Positions 48,708 through 59,993 of a stretch of 64,000 nt of DNA are shown here, in pieces; the first letter of the stretch is position 1; each line of letters starts with the position of its first letter. Source of the DNA: an uncultured delta proteobacterium (GTDB lineage: Bacteria; Desulfobacterota; Binatia; UBA9968); the NCBI GenBank assembly GCA_963737905.1, contig CAVTUQ010000014.1:121953-185952 (forward strand), read 5' to 3'. Both the position numbers and the translations under genes were made by a program. The notes below the pieces were generated by a model. The model made no database searches and had not been told where the DNA came from. It saw nothing but the letters and a program-made list of their open reading frames with translations.

Positions 48708-51031
48708 CTTCGCCCTCCCGCGGCCCTTTTTTCCTGGCACAGGCTCCAGATCTTTTGCGGGGTGAGCGGCATATCGACGTGGGCAACCCCAAAGGGAGCC
48801 AGCGCATCCACTACAGCGTTGACCACGGCCGGTGTGGAGCCGATCGTTCCTGCCTCGCCGATGCCTTTGATCCCTAGCGGATTCACCGGGGTTGGCGTTT
48901 CCGTGCGGGTGAGATTCAAACGCGGTAGATCCGCCGCCCGCGGCAAAGCGTAATTCATCAAGCTACCAGTGAGGAGTTGACCGTTCTCGTCATAGACTAC
49001 TTCTTCAAAGAGAGCCTGACCCATACCTTGGACGATTCCTCCCTGGATCTGTCCGTCGACCAGCAGTGGATTGATCACTTTGCCGCAGTCATCCACCGCG
49101 ATGTATTTTCTGATTTCGATCCTGCCGGTTTGCGGTTCAACTTCCACGACGCAGATATGGGTACCGAAAGGAAACGTGAAATTGGACGGTTCAAACTGCG
49201 ATTCAGCGGCAAGGGTCGGCGCCAACTTTCTAGGCAGGTTTTTGGCCACCTGTGCTTCCTGAGCGATTTGCTGAATCGTAAACCCCTTCTTCGGCACCCC
49301 CTTGACGCTGAATCTTCCTGCCGCAAAGTTCAGATCGTCGGGGTCCACCTCCAGAAGATGGGACGCAAGTTCGCGCGCCTGCTCCCTAACCCTTATTGCG
49401 GCTTGATAGATGGCAGTTCCCCCAACTGCCGTAGCCCGGCTGCCGAAAGTGCCGATGCCCTTGGGCACGGCGGCAGTGTCTCCATGGATCACCGCAATAT
49501 CATCTAGCTCGACGCCCAATTCATCGGCGACGATCTGGGCAAAGGAGGTCTCCTGCCCCTGGCCGTGGGGCGAAGCGCCCGATAAGACTTTTACTTTCCC
49601 GTTGAGCTCGACCTCCACCTTGCCGTACTCCCACATTCCCTTTGGCCCCATGGCACAGATTTCGACATAGGTCGAAACCCCGATCCCTAAATATCTTCCT
49701 TGATTTCTGAGCCGCTTCTGATCGCGGCGCAATTTTTCATAGCCGGCAAGTTTAAGTGCCTTGCTCAGGGCCGACTGATAATTGCCGCTGTCATACGCTA
49801 GACCCGTTGCAGTCTTGAAAGGGAATTCGGTGGGTTTCGGAAAGTTTTTCCTCCGCACCTTCACAGGATCGAGTCTCAGCTCTTGCGCGATCCGGTCCAG
49901 CATCCGTTCGATCACAAAGGTCGCCTCGGGCCGCCCTGCTCCCCGGTACGCGTCCGTGGACATCTTGTTCGTGAAAGCAGCCGTAAGCTCCATGCTGATC
50001 GCAGGAATTTTATAGCAGCCGGAAAGCATGAGGCCCGTAAAGGGAGGAATGGCAGGTGTGAAAAGTTGATGGTAGGCGCCGATATCGGCGATGACTTTAT
50101 ATTTTAGCCCTAGGATCGTCCCGTCCTTTTTCACTGCCGCTTCCACTTCACCCACTTGACCCCGGCCATGAATGGTTGCTAGAAAATTTTCGCTGCGCCC
50201 TTCGCTCCACTTCACCGGACGGTTGAGCTTGAGAGCGAGATACCCCAGCAGCGGTTCCTCGGCATAGACATTGAGCTTGCTGCCGAAGCTTCCGCCTACT
50301 TCCGGCGCGATCACTCGGATTTGATTCTCCGGAAGCTTGAGCATCTGCGCGAGATGGGCCTTCAGCATGTGTGGAATCTGCGTGGATGACCAGACGGTCA
50401 GCTCCTTATCAGAGGAGAGATAATGAGCCACAACCCCGCGCGGCTCGATCGCGATAGGGGCTAATCGCTGGTGGACGAGGCGCTGTTTGACAATTTTATC
50501 GGCTTCTTTGAAGGCCTTGGTTAAATTTCCCTGCTTCTGCTCCGAGCGAAAGGCCACGTTGTCCGGCCATTCGGAATGAATGACCGGCGAGTCCGCGGCC
50601 AGAGCTTTCTCGGGGTCCGTGACAACAGGCAGAGGCTCATACTCTATTCGAATCAGATCGAGGGCGTCCCGGGCGGTATAACGATCCTCGGCGACTACGG
50701 CGGCCACTCCCTCGCCGACATAGCAGACTTTGTCTACGGCGAGCACGTAATGTTTGGGAACCCTGAGCGTTTCATTGCCGCCGCTAACGGGCAGCGTGCC
50801 GATCTGATCCTTGATCTCCGAACCGGTGACGACGGCGATAACGCCGGGATGTTGGCGGGCCGCGTCCGTCTCAAGACTTTTTATTTTCGCGTGCGCGTAG
50901 GGAGTTCGCAAAATAGCGGCGTGAAGCGTGTCCGGTAGATTGACATCGTCCACGTACTGGCCAAGCCCGCGAATCAATCTCGGGTCTTCACGGCGCTTGA
51001 CCCTAGCGCCAACCAATTTGCTTACTGGCAT
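48704..51031 (-). CDS. coxL: Xanthine dehydrogenase/CODH-family molybdopterin large subunit, form II CoxL-like
   Basis: RREDPRLIRG, GGSFGSK, AYRGAGRPE (form II motif), GTFGSR, KGIGEAG. Confidence 0.92.
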   Translation of the reverse strand: MPVSKLVGARVKRREDPRLIRGLGQYVDDVNLPDTLHAAILRTPYAHAKIKSLETDAARQHPGVIAVVTGSEIKDQIGTLPVSGGNETLRVPKHYVLAVDKVCYVGEGVAAVVAEDRYTARDALDLIRIEYEPLPVVTDPEKALAADSPVIHSEWPDNVAFRSEQKQGNLTKAFKEADKIVKQRLVHQRLAPIAIEPRGVVAHYLSSDKELTVWSSTQIPHMLKAHLAQMLKLPENQIRVIAPEVGGSFGSKLNVYAEEPLLGYLALKLNRPVKWSEGRSENFLATIHGRGQVGEVEAAVKKDGTILGLKYKVIADIGAYHQLFTPAIPPFTGLMLSGCYKIPAISMELTAAFTNKMSTDAYRGAGRPEATFVIERMLDRIAQELRLDPVKVRRKNFPKPTEFPFKTATGLAYDSGNYQSALSKALKLAGYEKLRRDQKRLRNQGRYLGIGVSTYVEICAMGPKGMWEYGKVEVELNGKVKVLSGASPHGQGQETSFAQIVADELGVELDDIAVIHGDTAAVPKGIGTFGSRATAVGGTAIYQAAIRVREQARELASHLLEVDPDDLNFAAGRFSVKGVPKKGFTIQQIAQEAQVAKNLPRKLAPTLAAESQFEPSNFTFPFGTHICVVEVEPQTGRIEIRKYIAVDDCGKVINPLLVDGQIQGGIVQGMGQALFEEVVYDENGQLLTGSLMNYALPRAADLPRLNLTRTETPTPVNPLGIKGIGEAGTIGSTPAVVNAVVDALAPFGVAHVDMPLTPQKIWSLCQEKRAAGGRR

Positions 51032-51122
51032 CTGATCTCTCTCAATTTTATATTTTCGATTTTGGATTTTAGATTGAGCCCAAAATTCTTTCCCCTTGTG
51101 CCTCTCGCGTCGGGTCTTTTAT

Positions 51123-51627
<505 letters not shown>

Positions 51628-51778
51628 CTTCTGAGACCTTATCTCAATGACGTGCTAGCGATCAAGTTGTTTCACTTGCCTCACGTTGGTCCACGTAGAA
51701 ACGATTGGATACCGTCGATGTGGAGACGTTCTGGATCCTTGCTGCAGTAGCACGTCACTGCAAAAAAGGTGTTTCATG

Positions 51779-51855
51779 CTTCGAGGGGCCTCAGCATGAA
51801 CCGAATTTTCACAATCATTTCCAAGCTCTTTCCGTTCGTCCTGAGGTCGTCGAAG
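51779..51855. repeat. REP-like imperfect inverted-repeat doublet
   Basis: CTTCGAGGGGCCTCAGCATGAACCG ... CCGTTCGTCCTGAGGTCGTCGAAG form complementary arms. Confidence 0.7.
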
Positions 51856-51883
51856 GACTCCGAGAAAGCTTTTCAGCGAGCTG

Positions 51884-52963
51884 CTAGGGCAAATGCTTCG
51901 GGATATCGATTCGCGAGACCGTGTATTTTGTCACATCCTCCTCAGGCTCGTCTCCTTCCGTCATCGTCAACGGCAAGGCGAGGTTCGTCACAAATATCGT
52001 GTCGTCGAGGATGACGACGCTTGCCGGGAAAAGCAGCCCACGCGGAGATCCGTTCTGTCGCATGCCGAGGAAGTCGCCCAGTTTAGCGATCACGCGGCCG
52101 TTCTCGTTGAGAATCACTACCTCGTCCGCCTGATTTGCCGCGACCACGAGATTGCCGCGGTAAAACGCTAGGCCGTCGGCGCCATTGATACTTTCAGCAA
52201 AGATAGTAACCTCCTTCGTTTCCAAATCCAGCCGCAAAATGCGATCGTCCCCAGTATTCGCAATAAACAACTTGGTCTCGCCTCGGTTCAACGCAAGGCC
52301 ATTGGCGCCGAATGGAGGGAAGCCCGCCGTCGCCAGTAGACCGTCATGTATGACAGTCGTCACGTCGCAAGGTGTCGAGCATTTGTGCGCGTTATCAATA
52401 CGAAAGACCGCTCCTTGGAAAGAGTCCGATATATAGAGATTACCGTACCTGTCTAACGTAAGAGCGTTGGGAGCCGGAAAATTATTGCTGCCAAATATGA
52501 TCGTGTCTTGGCTCATATCTGGATTATCTACCTTTCGAGGCGCCGGCGCACCGATTTGTGGGATCGAAGCCACGTCCTCAATATCGGTCGTATCGGTAAA
52601 GTTGGCCGCGATCCGCTGAATCTTGGAAGCGCCGAAGTTGCAGATATAGACCTTATTGTCCCAGCGGTTAAACTCAAGTCCCAAGAGCGGAGTCCCATCA
52701 AAATCTCGCTGCGCCACAAGCTGACCCTTTTTGTTAAACCGTAGAAGCTTGTTGCTGTTGGGACCGAAGTCAAACGTGCCGACGTAAATTTCTCCAGTTT
52801 TAGGATTAGCGGTAATCCCTTCTGGGAACCGCACGCCGTCCGGCAAAGTAGCGAATCTCTCCGCCGCATTCTCTTGGACGATGATATCTTCGCGCGCCAA
52901 TGCTTCGCTATGAGACGCAATAACCAAGGACACGATCGCTGCAAAAACAGAGAATTTTTTCAT
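51884..52963 (-). CDS. Secreted SMP-30/gluconolactonase/LRE-like beta-propeller protein
   Basis: Signal peptide; FPEGI, PNALTLD..GNLYISDS, GANGLAL, GADGL repeats. Confidence 0.88.
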   Translation of the reverse strand: MKKFSVFAAIVSLVIASHSEALAREDIIVQENAAERFATLPDGVRFPEGITANPKTGEIYVGTFDFGPNSNKLLRFNKKGQLVAQRDFDGTPLLGLEFNRWDNKVYICNFGASKIQRIAANFTDTTDIEDVASIPQIGAPAPRKVDNPDMSQDTIIFGSNNFPAPNALTLDRYGNLYISDSFQGAVFRIDNAHKCSTPCDVTTVIHDGLLATAGFPPFGANGLALNRGETKLFIANTGDDRILRLDLETKEVTIFAESINGADGLAFYRGNLVVAANQADEVVILNENGRVIAKLGDFLGMRQNGSPRGLLFPASVVILDDTIFVTNLALPLTMTEGDEPEEDVTKYTVSRIDIPKHLP

Positions 52964-53490
52964 TTTCGTGCTCCTTTCTGGTTGAAAACGCCGCTAAGAC
53001 GCCACAGGGATAATCGCTGCTGAAAACCAACAGTGAGCCTCCTAGAGAGATCCGGGCCAGGGCCAAAACGGGCTGGGAATCAAAACTCAGCCCGGAGTGA
53101 TCCCGGGTTGATTCGCGTTGTTTAGTTCAATGACAGGCTTGCTGTCAAACAGGAAAAACTGGGATTAGCCGGTGCCCGCGGCAGCGCAAGGTAGTATCGG
53201 AATCACTCGGAGTCGCCATTTTCTTCCTTTCGGAATTCCGAAAAACTGAGAGAGGAATATCAGTGGACCTTGCCCTGATTAAGAGAAGGCAGATAGTGAA
53301 GGATTACGGAGAATATCAGCGCTGGCGCGCGAATCAGCTCTGCCGGGGCCTCGATTTCTTCTGGCGCTTCAAGCTTCGCGGTTAATCCCGCATCTTTTAC
53401 TACCGCAGATACCAGAACACCGAACTCACACCCTACAAGAAGTCAGTGCAAGCTTTTTTGATCACCAAACGTGGGCGATCCGAAAAACAA

Positions 53491-53964
53491 TCAGCTATTG
53501 AGCCCGCTTGCCTGGGCAACGATTTCGTCCACGCTCTTGTCCAAGTCGAGTTTGCGGTTGATCCGCGCCTCGCCGCGCTCCGTCACCAGAGCGTAGATCT
53601 CAAGACAGTTCCCCTCAGGGTCAAGAAAATAACATGAGACGGTGTTGCCCATCTCTTCGTAGGCGTGGCTTACGCAATGGTCGATCGGCACTCCCAAAGT
53701 CTTGAATCGTTCGTAGTACGCTTTGACGTCGGCCGGCGTCTCTACCCGCCAGGCGATGTGCGCGATGATCTTGGCGTCGCCCTCGCGTCCCTTGGCCAGA
53801 GCGAGTTGGTGGTCCTCGATCTCGGGATCAGGCGTCATGAACACCATGCGCCCCGGGTGCTCGCGGTATTTAACCAGCCCGAGGACGTCCTGGTAGAACG
53901 CCACCATCTTGTCCAAGTCATTCACATAAAGCACCACGTGGCTAAGCCCTTTGATCTTTGGCAT
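53491..53964 (-). CDS. VOC/glyoxalase family protein
   Basis: LSHVVLYVNDLDKM..FY, HQLAL, HIAW, YFLDPEGNCLEI; RBS AAGGAGG. Confidence 0.92.
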   Translation of the reverse strand: MPKIKGLSHVVLYVNDLDKMVAFYQDVLGLVKYREHPGRMVFMTPDPEIEDHQLALAKGREGDAKIIAHIAWRVETPADVKAYYERFKTLGVPIDHCVSHAYEEMGNTVSCYFLDPEGNCLEIYALVTERGEARINRKLDLDKSVDEIVAQASGLNS

Positions 53965-53991
53965 GTGCGCCTCCTTTAGATATTTTTGAGT

Positions 53992-54090
53992 CTAGATGAA
54001 TTTTTCGATCGTGGATATCAAATCCATTGACACCGGCTTTTGAAGGTAAGCCACTATTCCCGCCGCGAGCGCCGCTGTTTTCCATCCGCC
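53992..54090 (-). pseudogene. C-terminal relic of a receiver domain paralogous to 30783-31154
   Basis: WKTAALAAGIVAYLQKPVSMDL..TIEKFI versus WKGKVLRIGMVDYLEKPVSMELMKATIEKFI. Confidence 0.7.
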
Positions 54091-54510
54091 CACAGGAATA
54101 CAGTTTATCCGGTTACGGCACAAGACCCAATCGGAGTGGTGCGGCAACATCGACGCCCCCATAACTCCGTATATTTGGTTGGCTGGCATTTGGGTTGCAT
54201 CTCTTTTAGTTGGCCGGACATCTAAGAGGCAGTTCTTCGCAAGACAGATAGAATCTTTATGAATGAATTTTTATTGCTCGCGCTGGTTATCGTTTATCTG
54301 GTTATCTCTTATGTGCCCATTTCAGGCGCACCTAAGCCCACTTGGCAACATCATCCCAACGATCGATCCCCCTATAGCGACCCAGAAACGAACGGCGGCA
54401 CACGCTCCTAAACTACCCCTCGGTTTATTGCAAATGTTTTTGGCGTATCCGTAAAGATACGCACCGTACCATTTTCTGCATCAACCGAGATTTGCTTTGT
54501 TAATTTACGG

Positions 54511-55446
54511 CTAGTTTTTCTCGGAAGGATGAAAGATCTCCGAGAGCCTTCGACGAAACCCTGCTTCCCCCTCCGGCAAAAGGTCGAACTTGGTCGTATC
54601 ATCGGTCTTTGTTAGTATTCTCTGCCCTTGGTCGTTTTCGTGCATCGAGATCAGTATCTTCTCCAGGCGGTCGGCCAGCGCTGGAGCAAAATCCCTTCGG
54701 ACCGAGAGAAGGTTGCGTGGAAGCGGCTCCGTTCGCGCCAGGATGGTGATGTCCGATCTTTTCTTCTCGTCAAGCCTAGCATAGTCGTCGTCACTGAAGG
54801 CTCCGGCCGCCACCTTTTTGGTGAGCACCCAATCGACGACTTTTTCTTGGGAATAGGCAAATAGGTAACCGATGTCTGTCGGGGAAGGATGGGGATCAAA
54901 TCGGCTCTTGTCGGCGAACTTGAATCCCTTCCGCATCAGGAAAGCCTTCGGTAGAAAGTGGCCTGAAGTCGATCCGGGATCTTCGAAAACGAAGACTTTA
55001 CCCCTCAGGTCTTCCAGCCGATTTACTTCGCCATTTCTTTTGGTAAAAATGAGGCTTCGATATTCCGCCATGCCTCCCTTCCACCGTCTCAGTAACAACC
55101 TGGCGACTCCGTGCACGTAATTGACGAGATAGGTCGGATAGGGGCTGTCCATGTAGAAATCGACCTTCTTCTGTTCAATGAGCCCGGCGAGTTGAAACGG
55201 CGTCGGCGCGATCACGACCTTGCCTTCGATGTCCGATGCGGGGGTGAGCTTCCCCGCAACATAGCGCGCAAAATCGCTAAAATGTTCCTCGATTTGCGGC
55301 CTATTTGTCTCGGCGATGATTCCCAAAGAGAGCGTTTGAGACTTCATCTTCTCCGGCTTCTGCGCGGCGTTCGCGGTAAAAACCATCACACAAACGAGAG
55401 CGGCGATTGCAAGCAAAACCGAGAGCTGATGCTGTTGTCTCCTCAT
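54511..55446 (-). CDS. Phosphate/phosphite/phosphonate ABC substrate-binding protein (PhnD-like), orphan
   Basis: Signal peptide; YRSLIF, LEDLRGK.FVFEDPGSTSGHFLP, ILARTEPLP. Confidence 0.88.
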   Translation of the reverse strand: MRRQQHQLSVLLAIAALVCVMVFTANAAQKPEKMKSQTLSLGIIAETNRPQIEEHFSDFARYVAGKLTPASDIEGKVVIAPTPFQLAGLIEQKKVDFYMDSPYPTYLVNYVHGVARLLLRRWKGGMAEYRSLIFTKRNGEVNRLEDLRGKVFVFEDPGSTSGHFLPKAFLMRKGFKFADKSRFDPHPSPTDIGYLFAYSQEKVVDWVLTKKVAAGAFSDDDYARLDEKKRSDITILARTEPLPRNLLSVRRDFAPALADRLEKILISMHENDQGQRILTKTDDTTKFDLLPEGEAGFRRRLSEIFHPSEKN

Positions 55447-55673
55447 AGGTATCTCCACCAAGGGCGGCACATGGACTTCGAGCTGCAGTCAACTCCTATT
55501 ATAAATATAACCGGAGACACTTTGGCAAACGGCGGCGGAAGAGCACTCGGAAATGAGAAGTTTCGTTTGACAGCAAGAACGGTTGTTCGCTAATGTCTCG
55601 GCCGACCCCAGCACCATCATAATAATAATAGATCATCATCCCATCTGCTGGCTAGTATTAAAGGGAGGAGTCG

Positions 55674-56684
55674 GGCATCATCAATGCCCACGGCCACGTC
55701 GGAGCGAAAACCGAGCCGCAGTTGCGCCAATACGCGCTTTACGGCGTGACCACCGCGACCAGTTTGCAAACCGATCCGGACGAAGTCGTTCAAGTGCGGG
55801 AGGCGCAGAAGCGCGGTGAGCTGCGCGGCGCACGAGTCTCCACAGTGAAGTACCGCTTCGCTCCCGACCCCGAGGTGGTGACACCACAGCAGGCCCGCGC
55901 CAAGGTCGACGAGATCGTCGCCGCCGGTGCCGATTACATCAAAGTGTGGGTCGACGGCGGGTTTGGCACGCGGGCCAAGCTTACCCCGGAGTTCTGCGCC
56001 GCAGTCCTCGAACAGGCCCGCAAGCACGACAAACTTACCTTCGCCCACGTATACGATCTCTCCGACGCGAAGATGCTGGTGGAACAGGGCTTGAATGTCC
56101 TTGCCCACAATATTCGCGACCGGGAGGTGGATTCCGAGTTCATCGCGATGCTGAAACAGCGCAACGTGACCCTCATCCCGACACTGGTGCGGGACGAGTT
56201 ACTGTTCGCCTACGGCGACGCGCCGACCTGGATCGACGATCCTTTCTTCCTCAAGTTCGTGCCGCCGGAGCGCGTGGCGGTGCTGAAAACCAAGATCCGC
56301 GACGAGCAGGCGAAAAACCCGCAGCGCGCCCTGATCAAGGCGGGTTTCGAGATGAACAAGATCAATCTGAAGAAGCTCTCCGATGGCGGGGTGCGTATCG
56401 CGCTAGGTACGGATAGCGGTGGGGCCGCCGACCGCTTCTTTATCCAGGGTTATTCCGAGCATCGGGAGATGGAGCTGATGGTACAGTCAGGCCTGACGCA
56501 GATGCAGGTGATCCAGTCCTTCTCGAAGGGAGCATCGGAGGCTCTGGGCATCGATAAGGAATTCGGCACGCTGGCAAAGGGCAAGACCGCGGACCTCCTC
56601 GTGCTCGAGAAAAATCCGCTCGAAAACATCGTCAACATGCGCAGTATTCAGGCGATCTATTTGGGCGGCAAGAAGTTTGAGTAG
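55674..56684 (+). pseudogene. Amidohydrolase_1 family enzyme, 5'-truncated
   Basis: Frame opens at GIINAHGH (HxH) with an in-frame TAA just upstream (55659-55661); IKVWVD, LGTDSG, GKTADLLVL..NPL. Confidence 0.75.
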
Positions 56685-56924
56685 GAGTCGCCAAATTCGC
56701 GGAAGGACTCTGCGTGGTCGCGAGGGTTCAATCCCATGCGTGGTCGGGCACGCGTCTTTGTAATCGCTCAGTCCGGCGAAATTCGGTCTGCATAAGTGTA
56801 ATGGGCGTCCTCTCTCCAAACGCTAGACCAAAGGAGACCGGAGGCGAACTTCTTTGGCAATCGATTGATTTCGGCGTAGAATACCTCCCTGAACCTCTGC
56901 GTTCTTCTCAGTGAATCCTGCGAT

Positions 56925-57203
56925 ATGCAGAACCGATCCAAGATTTTGATCTTGCTATTCACCGCTACTGTAGGGGTGGGGGCGTTAACTCTTTGGCATT
57001 CCCGTAACGATGACGAAGCCGTAGAGCATTTTCGGTCGCTTTTTTCCACTAGCACGTTATACGACCTCAAGCATTCCCTGCCATCCGTCACCGACCAGGC
57101 TAGTCTCTTGTACGGCGGCATTTCGTTGTTTGCGATCATCATGATCGTACTCGTACTGAGGGCCGTGCTGCGTGGCTCCTCACGGGGCCCAAGGGACGGT
57201 TAA
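56925..57203 (+). CDS. Small hypothetical membrane protein (two hydrophobic segments)
   Basis: 92-aa ORF with two TM-like stretches. Confidence 0.5.
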   Translation: MQNRSKILILLFTATVGVGALTLWHSRNDDEAVEHFRSLFSTSTLYDLKHSLPSVTDQASLLYGGISLFAIIMIVLVLRAVLRGSSRGPRDG

Positions 57204-57470
57204 GTTGGGAAATGGGTCTCTGAGTTGCCTTACTTGCGTAAGCTCTAGATAGGAGGTAGGGCCGGCCATCAGGCGATTTTTGCTCCGGGAGAATGAAAAG
57301 CCGTGAGGCTTTGCGCAAGTCGGGAATCACCCCACTTCGTTGCCCCCTTGACGCTCCTCCCTGATCTGCCTTACTTTCCACTCAAGTCAATCAATCGCCT
57401 GGATCAGATCTTTGATTCGCACCATTTCCTAGACTGGTCTCACCCGCCCAGATAATTTTGAGGCGCGAAC

Positions 57471-58385
57471 ATGGGAAAAATCTACGTAGTCGGCAGCATT
57501 AATCGTGATCTCGTTGTTTATGCTGATGGGCTACCTAGAGCCGGTGAAACCGTATTTGGAAATTGGTTTCAACAGTTTCCGGGTGGGAAAGGGGCAAATC
57601 AGGCAGTGGCAGCCAGCCGTTTAGGCGGCAATGTCCATTTTGTCGGAAACGTGGGGTCTGATGCCTTTGGCAAAGAGATGCGAGATTTCTTGGCGGGTGA
57701 AAATATCGACACCTCAGAAATAGCGATTCTCGACACAGTGCCAACCGGCATCGCGCTTATTACAGTGGATTCGGCTTCCGAGAACTCCATTGTTGTAGTA
57801 TCGGGCGCTAATATGGTTTGGCATACGCGGGATCTCGTGCAGATGAAGCTTGCACCGAGCGATATTGTCATCTGTCAATTTGAAATCCCGCTGGAGATTA
57901 TTGAATCAGTCTTTGAGCGAGTGAAGAAAATCGGCGCAACGACGATCCTCAACCCTTCGCCGATTAAACCTGCAACGGAGAGAATGCTTAGGAACGTGGA
58001 TTACCTAGTCGTCAACGAAGTTGAGCTTGAGGCATCGGCCGGCGCGACTCTCAACCCTGATGATCCGACCTCCGTATATGCAGCGATGGAGAAACTACAC
58101 GAGGCTGGGCCGCTCGCCATAGTCGCAACCTTGGGCCCTCGCGGAGCGCTTCTCAGCGGCCCGACTGGAAGATACAAAGCCATGGGTTACAAAGTAAATG
58201 CTATCGACACGACTGGAGCAGGAGACTGTTTTATAGGTGGCTTCGCCGTAGGCCTTGCAAAATCGTATTCTGTTCCCGACGCGATTGGCTTCGCCAATAA
58301 AGCTGCTGCAATCAGCGTCACGCGGCGAGGGGCGGCAGACTCTTTTCCGATGGCCGCTGAGGTTGAGCGACGTGATTTAGGGTGA
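57471..58385 (+). CDS. rbsK: Ribokinase (PfkB family)
   Basis: VVGSINRD, PGGKGANQA, NEVE, DTTGAGDCF. Confidence 0.93.
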   Translation: MGKIYVVGSINRDLVVYADGLPRAGETVFGNWFQQFPGGKGANQAVAASRLGGNVHFVGNVGSDAFGKEMRDFLAGENIDTSEIAILDTVPTGIALITVDSASENSIVVVSGANMVWHTRDLVQMKLAPSDIVICQFEIPLEIIESVFERVKKIGATTILNPSPIKPATERMLRNVDYLVVNEVELEASAGATLNPDDPTSVYAAMEKLHEAGPLAIVATLGPRGALLSGPTGRYKAMGYKVNAIDTTGAGDCFIGGFAVGLAKSYSVPDAIGFANKAAAISVTRRGAADSFPMAAEVERRDLG

Positions 58386-58439
58386 TCGCGTCTTTTACTT
58401 TTGACTTTCATCGCTAAAAGTAATGACCCCTAAACCCTT

Positions 58440-58638
58440 CTAAAAGAGGCGATGGCATCGGAGCGTCTTTCCTCCTGCCTCATCACGGCCGAGCGATCCC
58501 GTCTCGACAATCCAGCGGACCTGGAACCCGGTTATGTCCAAGGCGCGCTTAAGCGTCTCCGCAGTGAAATACAGATAGTGTTCAGCGCAGATTGCATCCC
58601 AGGCCATGCCGGCACGATGGCGATCCTCGCTGTCGTCT
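58440..58638 (-). pseudogene. C-terminal fragment of a class I SAM-dependent methyltransferase
   Basis: Manual translation DSEDRHRAGMAWDAICAEHYLYFTAETLKRALDITGFQV resembles the DS..R..G..W....EHL.YFT..TL...L...GF.V tail of Methyltransf_23-type enzymes. Confidence 0.55.
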
Positions 58639-58761
58639 CACCGAAGAGATGGACATTGACTTCGGTCTGGAGTAGAGAAGCTTTTAAATTTCGTCGATTC
58701 TACTGGAGGCCAACCGTCGTCTCTTTTCCTCCGGGTTTTGACAAACGGGTATGCTCAATCA

Positions 58762-59928
58762 ATGACCACCACCGAAACTCAATCGCCGCTTGACGCCGCA
58801 CGAAAGCTCGCTCCCGTGATCCGATCCTGCGCCGATAAGATCGAGGCGGAACGGGAGTTGCCGCAGCCGCTCTTCGAAGCGCTCGCCGACGTCGGCTTGT
58901 TCCAGCTGGCGCTTCCGCGCGCCCTGGGCGGCGCGGAGCTTGATTTGCCGGCCTACGTCCAGGTGCTCGAGGAGATCGGCAAAGCAGACGCCAGCGCCGG
59001 CTGGATCGTCAATCAGTGCGCGATCTTCGCGACCTATGCGGCGCGGATGCCGCGTAACATCGCTCGCTTGATCTGGATCGATACGCCACGCAGCGTCGTC
59101 GCGAACACCCCGCTTCCGACAGCTCAGGCAATCGTGGTCCCGGGCGGGTACCGCGTCACCGGCCGCCAGGGATTCAGCACGGGTTGCCGGCATGCCGCCT
59201 GGCTCGCGGCGCGCGCGCAGGTCCTCGAAAACGGCCAGCTCAGGCTACAGGAAGGCCAACCCGAGCAACTCTATCTCTTCGTGCCGGCGGCGGAGGCCGA
59301 GCTGCTCGACACATGGAATGTCCGGGGCATGCGCGGCACGGGGACTTACCATTTCGCCGTAAGCGACGTCTTCGTGCCCGCGGAGCGCACGGTGCTCCAG
59401 GCTGGCGCTCCCCTGCTGGAGACTGGACCACTCTACCAGATACCCCGGACCTTGCTGTTCGGCTCGGGCGATGCCGCGGTGGCCCTAGGGGTGGCCCGCT
59501 CTTGCCTCGCCGCGTTTTTAGAGCTGGCCGGCGCCAAGACACCGCGGGCGATGCAGGCGACGCTCCGCGATCAGCCGATGATTCAAGCTGCTGTCGGGCG
59601 CGCCGAAGCCGATCTTCGATCCGGACGGGCCTTCCTGGCCGAGGCGGTCCGCGAGCTCTGGACCGAGGCGACATCGACGGGCGCCACAACCCAAGACCGG
59701 CGTGCGGCCCTGCGCCTGGCCGCCACGCACGGGATTCGGCTGGCGGTTCAGGTCGTCGATACCGTTTATAATGCCGCTGGCGTGACGACGATCTACGAGG
59801 GGAATCTGATGCAGCGCCATTTCCAGGACATTCACGTGATCAGCCAGCATCTGCAGGCGCGCCTCTCCCACTATGAGCTGGTCGGGCAGCACTGGCTGGG
59901 GCTGAAGACCGATCTGACGAGGCCCTAG
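58762..59928 (+). CDS. Acyl-CoA dehydrogenase-fold flavin-dependent monooxygenase (HsaA/indole oxygenase-like)
   Basis: ADASAGW, FSTGCRHA, DTWNVRGMRGTGT, QRHFQDIHVISQH. Confidence 0.9.
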   Translation: MTTTETQSPLDAARKLAPVIRSCADKIEAERELPQPLFEALADVGLFQLALPRALGGAELDLPAYVQVLEEIGKADASAGWIVNQCAIFATYAARMPRNIARLIWIDTPRSVVANTPLPTAQAIVVPGGYRVTGRQGFSTGCRHAAWLAARAQVLENGQLRLQEGQPEQLYLFVPAAEAELLDTWNVRGMRGTGTYHFAVSDVFVPAERTVLQAGAPLLETGPLYQIPRTLLFGSGDAAVALGVARSCLAAFLELAGAKTPRAMQATLRDQPMIQAAVGRAEADLRSGRAFLAEAVRELWTEATSTGATTQDRRAALRLAATHGIRLAVQVVDTVYNAAGVTTIYEGNLMQRHFQDIHVISQHLQARLSHYELVGQHWLGLKTDLTRP

Positions 59929-59993
59929 CGTGAAGTCAGCGCAAGACAGTGAGAAACGCCATCAGTCCGATTTCGGCGCCCGATCCTTCGGGA

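Noticed and set aside
47247-49507. Long antisense ORFs over the ABC ATPase and cox genes, and similar shadow ORFs elsewhere
   Set aside because: They are opposite-strand shadows of well-supported GC-rich genes and have no motifs or RBS.
51050-51075. Heptamer run ATTTTCGATTTTGGATTTTAGATT
   Set aside because: A short, common intergenic heptamer repeat with only ~3 units; no further structure.
54511-55446. Phosphonate or phosphite utilisation locus
   Set aside because: Only an orphan PhnD-like binding protein; no phnCE, C-P lyase or ptxD nearby.
58452-58793. Plus-strand 113-aa ORF upstream of the flavin monooxygenase
   Set aside because: No recognisable motifs; the minus strand gives a better protein-like methyltransferase fragment.
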